64,000 bases of DNA from an uncultured delta proteobacterium (lineage in GTDB: Bacteria; Myxococcota_A; Polyangia; Fen-1088), in assembly GCA_963767925.1 (NCBI GenBank), contig CAVYGB010000013.1, positions 160,001 through 224,000 on the forward strand, read 5' to 3'. This document shows, piece after piece, positions 1 to 8,300 of the stretch (the first letter of the stretch is position 1; every line of letters starts with the position of its first letter). The translations under genes and the position numbers were made by a program. Under the pieces are notes generated by a model that saw only the letters and a program-made list of their open reading frames with translations, searched no databases and was not told the origin of the DNA.

Positions 1-101
1 CCGCCGTTGACCGCGGCCGCGCCGACCAGCAGCGTGGCCAGCAGGAACCACCAGCCCTCGCGCGTCGGAGGGAACCGTCGCGGGAAGCGGTACCGAGCCA
101 T
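1..101 (-). CDS. DUF58-family protein, 5' end only (runs off window)
   Basis: Manual translation from ATG at 101 gives MARYRFPRRFPPTREGWWFLLATLLVGAAAVNG, typical of the DUF58 N-terminal TM segment; lies directly downstream of a MoxR ATPase, the usual gene order. Confidence 0.7.
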   Translation of the reverse strand, partial: MARYRFPRRFPPTREGWWFLLATLLVGAAAVNG

Positions 102-114
102 GGCCCCGCCCGTT

Positions 115-1092
<978 letters not shown>

Positions 1093-1199
1093 TTGACCAA
1101 ATTATAACAGGAGGAGACGTAGCCCGGCACACCGGCGGCAGCGTCATTGCGGGTGTCATCTATGTGACGGTGCGGGCCAGCGCGCGCCGGAAGAACGCC

Positions 1200-1250
1200 G
1201 GGCGTACGTCGGGCGTACGTCGGGCGCACGTCGGGCGCACGTCGGGCGCG
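1200..1250. repeat. 11-bp tandem repeat GGGCG(T/C)ACGTC, 4 full copies plus a partial
   Basis: Read directly; lies in the divergent intergenic region between moxR and the lasso cyclase gene. Confidence 0.9.
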
Positions 1251-1423
1251 CCCGGCGGCGGCCTCCCGGTCGATTCCCTTCATATAAAGGGTGAGATCCC
1301 GTCGGGCCGGGGCCGAGGATTCTCGCGACGCTCAGCTCGGGCTACATCCCTTCCGTTGCCGCTCGTTGGTGGGTGGGTGTGGTGCGGGCGCGGGCGGGCG
1401 CGCCGGTGTGCTAGAGGGAGGCG

Positions 1424-3331
1424 ATGTCGATCCTCGCCGTCGTCGCCGCGTGGGCCGACGATCCGGCGCGCCGCGATCGGGCCCGCCGCATGATCGAGCC
1501 GCTGGCCGAGCGGGCTCCCGACGGCCGGGCCAGCGTCGAGGCTCCCGGCGCGGCGCTCGCCTTCGGCAAGCTCGTCGTCTCGCGCCGGCAGGGGCACGCC
1601 GCCCAGCCGCTCAGCGACGCGGCCGCCGGCCTTTACCTCGTCGCCGACGTGCGCATCGACAACCGCGACGAGCTCCGCCCGACGCTGGGGTTGCCCGCCG
1701 CCGCCACCGACGCCGAGCTCGTGCTGGCCGGCTACCGCCAGTGGGGCGTGGCCCTGCCCGATCACCTGGTCGGCGACTTCGCCTTCGCCGTGTGGGACGC
1801 CCGGGCCCGCCGCCTGTTCGCCGCCCGCGATCCCTTCGGCGTGCGCCCGCTTTATTACCGCCGCCTGCCCGATGGGGCGCTGCTCGTCGCCTCCGACGTC
1901 GAGTCGATCCTGGCCGTCGATCCCGGCGCCTGGAAGGTCGACGACCAGGCGGTGATCGACCACCTGCTGTCGGCCTGGCCCAGCCCCGAGCGGACCTTCT
2001 GGGAGCCGATCCGGGCGCTGCCCGCCGGCCATGCGCTGCTGGCCAGCGCCGCTGACTGCCAGGTGCAGCGCTGGTGGCGCCCGCCCGCCGTGCCCGCGAT
2101 CCTCGCCGACCACGAGACCTGTTACCGGGAGCTGCGCCGCCGCCTGCGCCAGGCGGTGGCCGACCGCCTCGACGCCGACCACCCGGTCCTCGTCCACCTC
2201 AGCGGCGGCTTCGACTCGACCGCCATCGCCACCCTGGCCGGCACGATCGAGGCCCGGGCGCCCCTGCGCGCGGTCGGCGCCGTCTACCCCGGCCTGGGCT
2301 GCGACGAGTCCCTCTACATGGACGCGGTCCGGGCGCGCCTGCCGTACCCCACCGAATACTGGGACGGCACCCGCCCGCTGTCCCTCGATCTGGACGCGCC
2401 CGCGCTGGCCGGGCCCGGCCTGCGCACCTGCCTCAACGACGGCACCCGGGGGGATCAGGAGATCGCCCGCAGGGAAGGAGCGCGGGCGGTGCTCTCCGGT
2501 CTGGGCGGCGACGTCTGGCAGCCCTGCAACGAGAGCCAGCGAGACTACCTGCGCCGGGGCCACTGGCGGCAGCTCTGGCAAGCGGCGTTCATGCGCCCCG
2601 GAATGTCCTGGGGAGGCAGGGCGCGGGTGCTGCGCTGGTCGCTCGGTCAGGAGACGCCGGAGGCGATCCGCGCGCTCGGCCGCCGCCTCCGCCGCCGGGC
2701 GCCCGCCGCGGCCCCGCCCTGGCTGGCGCGGCCAGCCACGCGCGATCCGCTGCCCCCCGCGCCCGAAGCGCAGGCCCTGGCGCGCTCACACGGGCTGGCC
2801 CAGGCCCGCCGCCTGCTCGATCTCGGCGGGCCGCGGCCGGTGCACGCGCTCGCGCGGATGCAGGTCGTCGCGGCGGCCAACCAGGTCGAGATGCGCTTTC
2901 CCTTCCTCGACGTGCGCCTGGTCGACCTGCTGTGGCGGCTGCCCCTCACCATCTGGGGCCCACCCGGATACCCGGCGCGCCTCCACCCCCTGGTGCTGCG
3001 CGACCTGCTGCCCCCCGAGGTGACGTCGCGCCGCTGGAAGACGGATTTCTCGGCCGCGCTGGCCGCCCGGGCCGCGCTGGCCTGGCGGGCGCTGCGGGCC
3101 CGCTCCGACCCGCCCGGTCACCTTCTCCTCGAACGCTACTGCCGGGGCTCCCACATCGCCGCGCTCGCCGGCGCCGACCTGCCGCAATCGCCGCTAAAAG
3201 CCGATCGCTGGAGCGAGATCTGGCGCCTGGCCGTCCTTGAGGCCTGGCTGGAGATGGTCTATGGTCAGGCCCGCAGTCGCCTAACTTCGAGGGGGGAACA
3301 TGGACACTGGCCCGAAAGCAACAATCGTTGA
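1424..3331 (+). CDS. Lasso peptide cyclase (C protein), asparagine synthetase-like
   Basis: RIDNRDEL, GDFAFAVWD, ARDPFGVRPLYY, LSGGFDS ATP loop, LSGLGGD, EMRFPFLD; N-terminus MSIL lacks the catalytic Cys of Gln amidotransferases; adjacent to precursor and B2; GGGAGG RBS. Confidence 0.88.
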   Translation: MSILAVVAAWADDPARRDRARRMIEPLAERAPDGRASVEAPGAALAFGKLVVSRRQGHAAQPLSDAAAGLYLVADVRIDNRDELRPTLGLPAAATDAELVLAGYRQWGVALPDHLVGDFAFAVWDARARRLFAARDPFGVRPLYYRRLPDGALLVASDVESILAVDPGAWKVDDQAVIDHLLSAWPSPERTFWEPIRALPAGHALLASAADCQVQRWWRPPAVPAILADHETCYRELRRRLRQAVADRLDADHPVLVHLSGGFDSTAIATLAGTIEARAPLRAVGAVYPGLGCDESLYMDAVRARLPYPTEYWDGTRPLSLDLDAPALAGPGLRTCLNDGTRGDQEIARREGARAVLSGLGGDVWQPCNESQRDYLRRGHWRQLWQAAFMRPGMSWGGRARVLRWSLGQETPEAIRALGRRLRRRAPAAAPPWLARPATRDPLPPAPEAQALARSHGLAQARRLLDLGGPRPVHALARMQVVAAANQVEMRFPFLDVRLVDLLWRLPLTIWGPPGYPARLHPLVLRDLLPPEVTSRRWKTDFSAALAARAALAWRALRARSDPPGHLLLERYCRGSHIAALAGADLPQSPLKADRWSEIWRLAVLEAWLEMVYGQARSRLTSRGEHGHWPESNNR

Positions 3332-3512
3332 GCCTGGCGAGGGTCAGCCGGCCCCGGCCTCGATCCCGTACGAGCCGCCGGCCGTCGTCCCGCTCGGCAA
3401 CGTGCACGAGCTGCTCGCGGGCGCCGGCAGCCGGACCTTCGACGCCATGATGGACACCCCGTCCTGCGGGACCTCGGGCGGCCGGTTCGACAACCCCCAG
3501 ATGGGTTGCTAG
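3300..3512 (+). CDS. Lasso peptide precursor (40-aa leader plus 30-aa core GAGSRTFDAMMDTPSCGTSGGRFDNPQMGC)
   Basis: Leader YEPPAVVPLGNVHELLA|G places Y at -17, P at -14, V at -12, G at -8; Gly1 and Asp8 in the core; between cyclase and B2 genes; G-rich RBS upstream. Confidence 0.88.
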   Translation: MDTGPKATIVEPGEGQPAPASIPYEPPAVVPLGNVHELLAGAGSRTFDAMMDTPSCGTSGGRFDNPQMGC

Positions 3513-3546
3513 CGGGGGGCCCGGGCTGCTCCCCGGCGCGACCCGC

Positions 3547-3942
3547 GTGACCGCCGCCGCGACGCTGCTGGCGCGCCTGCGCGCGGCCGCCGCCGACCTG
3601 TTGCAGGTGGCCGTCCTCGCGGTGCCCGTCGACCGGGCCCGCAGGCAAGAGGGCCCGCGCGATCTGATCGCCCGCCTGCGCCAGCGGGGCCGCCGCTTCT
3701 CCCCGCGAGACGCCGCCCGCCGGGCCGCCCTGCAGCGGGCGATCGCCCGGGTCGACCGCCTCTTCCCGGGTGGACCCAACTGCTACCGGCGCGTCCTCCT
3801 GGAGATCGCCCTCGACGGCGGCGCTGCCCGCGAGCCGATCTCCTTCGGCCTGCGGGCGGGAGGTGGCCCCGGGTCGGGGCACGCCTTCCTCGGCAGCGAG
3901 CCCCCTCCCTCGTCGAGCTACGACGCCGTCTTCGACCTGTAG
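3547..3942 (+). CDS. Lasso leader peptidase B2 (transglutaminase-like core)
   Basis: AIARVDRLFPGGPNCYRRVLL (catalytic Cys region) and FGL...GHAFL (variant of HAW); 131 aa; follows the precursor. Confidence 0.82.
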   Translation: MTAAATLLARLRAAAADLLQVAVLAVPVDRARRQEGPRDLIARLRQRGRRFSPRDAARRAALQRAIARVDRLFPGGPNCYRRVLLEIALDGGAAREPISFGLRAGGGPGSGHAFLGSEPPPSSSYDAVFDL

Positions 3943-4940
3943 ACCGCCAGCGCCCCGGCCAGCGCGGCCAGCCCGGCCGGCGCGCGGGCCCGCTCGCTCC
4001 GGACCAGCGCCCCCAGCGCCTGGCCGCTGGCGACGAACCGGCGCAGGCTCTCCGCTTCCTGGCGGCCCAGGAAGGTCGCCAGCAAGATGTCCCGCAGCGC
4101 CTCCGCCGCCGGAAGCGGCTCGGTCTCGAAGGCCGGCGCCCCCCGCCTCCCCGCGTCCAGGAAGATCAGCCTGGCGAGCGGGACCGCCGGCTGCCCGGCC
4201 GCCTGCGCCAGCCCCGCGCAGTCGAGCGGCTGATCGGGCTGCAGCGCCAGCGCGCGGGCGGCCTCCGCGCACCAGGCGTAGATCTCTTTCTCGGCCTCCG
4301 GGTGGCCCCAGGCCCGCCCGTCTCCGGCCGAGACCACCAGCAGCTCGTCGGTCCGCTTCGGCGTCTCGGGGGCGTCGAGCAGGCGGGCCACGGTGGACTT
4401 GCCGGCCCCGCTGGCGCCGCAGAAGGCGGTCAGCGCGCCCCCGATCTGACAGCTCGAGGCGTGAAGCACCAGGAGCCCCTGGGCGGCCAGGATCTTGGGG
4501 GCCAGCAGCCGCAGCCCGTGCTCGAGGGCGATCGGCAGCTCCTCGGGGCCGACGAGCAGGCGGAGATGACGGCCGTCACGGTCGATGCCGAGCAGCGCCC
4601 GCCCCCGGACGACCAGCGCGTATCCCCCCTCGGCCGGGCGGTAGGGGAGCTCGTCCGTCCAGACCGGCTCGCGGCGGGCGCTGGCCAGGGCGTCGCGCAC
4701 GCCGGCCAGCGCCGCGCGGGCCTGCTCGGGCGACAGGCCCCAGTGCCGGCGGGTGGCCGCCAGGACCTCCTCCCACGAGCCGCTCTCGGTGATGAACCGG
4801 CAGACCGCGGCCGCGCTGGCGTTGAGCGAGGAGTAGGTGCCGCTGTCGAGATCGAGGGCCAGTCCCCCTCCGGAAAACAGGGCGAAAACGTGGCGCGTGA
4901 CAAATTCCTGGATCGGCTCGGAGGCAGCAGAGACGTTCAC
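3918..4940 (-). CDS. HprK-like P-loop kinase with N-terminal PqqD/RRE-like domain
   Basis: GTG at 4940 overlaps the TGA of the upstream RRE gene (GTGA); N-terminal LALDLDSGTYSSLNASAAAVC...WGLSPEQARAAL; kinase motifs LHASS, GASGAGKST, TDE, PLARLIFL. Confidence 0.8.
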   Translation of the reverse strand: MNVSAASEPIQEFVTRHVFALFSGGGLALDLDSGTYSSLNASAAAVCRFITESGSWEEVLAATRRHWGLSPEQARAALAGVRDALASARREPVWTDELPYRPAEGGYALVVRGRALLGIDRDGRHLRLLVGPEELPIALEHGLRLLAPKILAAQGLLVLHASSCQIGGALTAFCGASGAGKSTVARLLDAPETPKRTDELLVVSAGDGRAWGHPEAEKEIYAWCAEAARALALQPDQPLDCAGLAQAAGQPAVPLARLIFLDAGRRGAPAFETEPLPAAEALRDILLATFLGRQEAESLRRFVASGQALGALVRSERARAPAGLAALAGALAVYRSKTAS

Positions 4941-5230
4941 CGCAGCCTCTCGGCCAGACCGCTGGTCTCGAGCTCGACGCCGAAGCGGCCCACGTCGGAC
5001 CGGAGCCGGTCGGGCGGGACGTCGAGGCTGACCTGCAACTCGGCGCACACCTCCTCGAGCGTGCGCAGGCCATCGAGCCGGCTCCAGACCTCGGCGCCGA
5101 CCTGGTTGAGCTCGAAGCAGCCGCCGGTGCGGCCGTCGAGCAGCAGCGCCTTCTCGGGCAGCCGGCGGCACTCGACCCCGTCACGCCGTCGCAGCCGGAG
5201 GGCCAGGATCGAATCCGACGAATCCGACAT
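4937..5230 (-). CDS. PqqD-family RiPP recognition element (B1/E protein), 97 aa
   Basis: Hidden at the 3' end of a long shadow ORF: MSDSS...ALLLDGRTGGCFELNQVGAEVWSRLDGLRTLEEVCAELQVSLDVPPDRLRSDVGRFGVELETSGL. Confidence 0.88.
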   Translation of the reverse strand: MSDSSDSILALRLRRRDGVECRRLPEKALLLDGRTGGCFELNQVGAEVWSRLDGLRTLEEVCAELQVSLDVPPDRLRSDVGRFGVELETSGLAERLR

Positions 5231-5359
5231 TGCCTGCGGCCATCGTACCATCGGGGGCGAGCGGGGTGCACTGGTTGCACTTGACGACCGTCGGGGATTC
5301 TGTCGTCCTGATACCGACATCCTGTGCCGTTCAGCGCACTTATGACGAAAGGAAAGCCT

Positions 5360-8300
5360 ATGCGCAGCCCTCGGAGGGACCCTGGTGACCGGAGGCCTGG
5401 TCTCGTGTCGGCGCGGATCGCGCCGGCGTCCCTCGTCCTGCTGGCGCTGGTCGGCTGTGGCGCTGGCAGCGCCCCCCCGGCGCCGCCGCCCGCCGCCGCC
5501 GAGGGCGCCGCGCGCCCGCCCGCCACCCGGCCGGGGTGGCTGGCGGAGGTGCGCGAGGCGGTCGCCGCCGGCGAATACCGGATCCGAGGGCAGGGGACCA
5601 CCTTCGAGGCCGTCAACCGCTTGCAGGGCCTGCGCGCCCGCTGGTCGCGGGGCGAGCTGGGGGTGGCGGCGCGGACCGGCCATGGTGCGGATCGCGCCGA
5701 GACCATCAAGCTGCGCACCGTCGGTCTGGTCGGCCGAGGTGGGGCCAGGGCCGCCGCCGGCCCGCACCACCTGGGCGACTGTGGCGGGCTCGCCGTCAAG
5801 GACGAGAACGGCCAGTGCCTCCGGCGCCTCGAGCGCGCGGGGAACGGCCTCGTCGAGCGCTGGGAGAACCGGCCCGACGGCCTCGCCCACAGCTTCCTGG
5901 TCTCGCCGCCTCCCGCTGGCGCCCGACCCGGGGCCGACGGCTGGCTGGCGATCGAGGTCGCGGTCACCGGCGCGCGGGTCGAGCTCGCCGCCGGCAGCAC
6001 CAGCGCCGAGCTGATCGGCAAAGGTGGCCAGCGCCTGCGCTACGCCGGCCTCGCCGCCTGGGACGCCGACGAGAAGCGCCTGCCGGTGCGCATGCGCCGC
6101 GCGGCCGGAGGGATCCGGCTGGAGGTCGACGATCGGGGGGCTCGCTATCCGCTGCTCGTCGATCCGGTGCTGACCGCGGGGGCCTGGACCTCGGAGGGCA
6201 ACCAGGCCGACGCCGGCGTGACGATGGTGGTGGCCGGCGCGGGCGACGTGAACAACGACGGGTTCGACGACGTGCTCGTCTCGTTCCCCCGCTACGACGG
6301 CGGCGGCACCGACGCCGGCGTCGTGTACCTCTATTTCGGATCGGGGACCGGACCCGACACAACCGCCGACTGGACCTCGCAGGGGACCAGCGCGGCCGGG
6401 GCGGCGGCGGCCAGCGCCGATTCGCGCTTCGGCAACTCGATCGCCGGGGCCGGCGACGTGAACAACGACGGCTTCGCGGACGTGATCATCGGCCAGCCCC
6501 GCTTCAGCAACGGCCAGACCTTCGAGGGCCGGGCCTACCTCTTCCCGGGCTCGGCGGCCGGCCTGCCGGCCGTCCCCGCCTGGACGGTGGAGAGCGATCA
6601 GGCCAACGCCTTCCTGGGGCTGACGGTGGCCGGCCTCGGCGACATCAACGGGCCAGCGGGCGGGGCCAGCTTCGACGACGTGGCGGTGACCGCCGGGTCG
6701 TTCGACAGCAACGGGCTCACCGACAACGGCCGGGTGCTGGTCTACCTCGGCGCGGCCGGCGGCCTGGCGGCCGCCCCCTCCGACACCATCGACGGCGCCT
6801 TCTCGGCCTTCGGCCTCGGCACCCTGGCCGCCTCCGCCGGGGACGTCAACGGCGACGGCCGCAGCGACGTCATCCTGGCCTCGCCCTACTACAGCAACGG
6901 CGAGATGGACGAGGGCATCGCCTACGTCCACCTCGGTCGCGCCGACGGCACGCTCGAGCGGACCGGGGCCTTCACCTTCGAGACCAACGAGGCGGGCGCC
7001 CCCATCACCTCGGTCGCCGGCGTGGGTGACGTCAACGGGGACGGCTACGCCGACGTGGCCCTGGGCGTCCCGGGCAAGAACAACGGTGTCTCGGACGAGG
7101 GCGCCGTCCTGTTCTTCGCCGGCTCGGCCAGCGGGCTGGTGGCGGTCCCCACGATCCTCGGATCCAGCGACGGCGGCTCGAGCTTCGGCGTCACGGTGGC
7201 GGGACCGGGCGACGTCAACGGCGACGGCTACGCCGACATCGCCGTCGGGGCCTATCGCCGGGATACGCCCGGGCTGGCCAACGTCGGCAGCGTGACCCTG
7301 ATCGCCGGCTCGCGCGGCGGGCCGGCCATCACCGCCGCTACGCTTGCTGACACAATCCTGTACGGCATCGCCGCCGAAGACAACCTGGGCAACGCCCTGG
7401 CGGGTGCCGGCGACGTCAACGGGGACGGCTACGCCGACGTGATCGCCGGGTCCACCGGGGCCGACAACGGCCAGGCCAACGAGGGGCGGGCCTCGATCTA
7501 CTTCGGCTCGGCCAATACCAGCGGGCTGCGCGCGCTCAGCGATCTCGGGATCGAGAGCAACACCGCGGGCGCCGGGCTGGGGACGGCGCTGTCGGCAGCG
7601 GGCGATCTGAACGGCGACGGCTTCGGCGACTTCGTCGTGGCGGCGCCCAGCTTCGGCGGGGCCAACAACGGCACGGTGTTCGTCCACCTCGGCGCGGTGG
7701 GCGGGCCGGATGGCACGGCCGACGGCACCTTGACCGGGCCAGCGGGGGCCGGCTTCGGCGAGGCGGTGGCCGCGGCCGGGGACGTCAACGGCGACGGCTT
7801 CGCCGATCTCCTGGTCGGCGCCCCCAACTTCGGGGACGGGCAGGTCGACGAGGGGCGGATCTATCTCTATCCGGGGGCCAGCGGCGGCATCACCGCGGCC
7901 ACTGTCCCGGTCACCTTCGACAGCAACGTCGCCGGGGCCCTGCTGGGCTCGGCGGTGGGCGCGGCCGACGTCAACGGCGACGGCCTGTCCGACGTGGCGG
8001 CCGGGGCTCCCGGGCTGGCCAACGGACAGGTCGGCGAGGGGCGGGTCTACGTTCTGCGCGGCAGCCTGGCCGGCCTGACGACCGCCAGCCCGATCACGGT
8101 GGAGAGCGACCTCGCCCTCTCGCGCTTCGGCGCCGCGCTGGCCGGAGTCGGGGACGTGAACGCCGACGGCTACGCCGACCTCGCGGTCGGGGCGCCGGGC
8201 TACAGCAACGGGGAGATCGGGGAGGGTCGCCTCTACATCTATCCCGGCAGCGCCGCCGGCCTCGGCGCGCCCATCACCCGGGAGGTCGACGTGGCGGGCG

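Noticed and set aside
1396..1412. Sigma-54 promoter before the cyclase
   Set aside because: GG-to-GC spacing is 11 bp rather than 10, and the TGGCAC match is poor.
1424..3331. Ordinary asparagine synthetase AsnB
   Set aside because: No N-terminal catalytic Cys, and the gene is flanked by precursor, B2 and RRE genes.
4937..5230. PQQ biosynthesis gene pqqD
   Set aside because: No pqqA/B/C/E genes in the window; the context indicates a RiPP recognition element.
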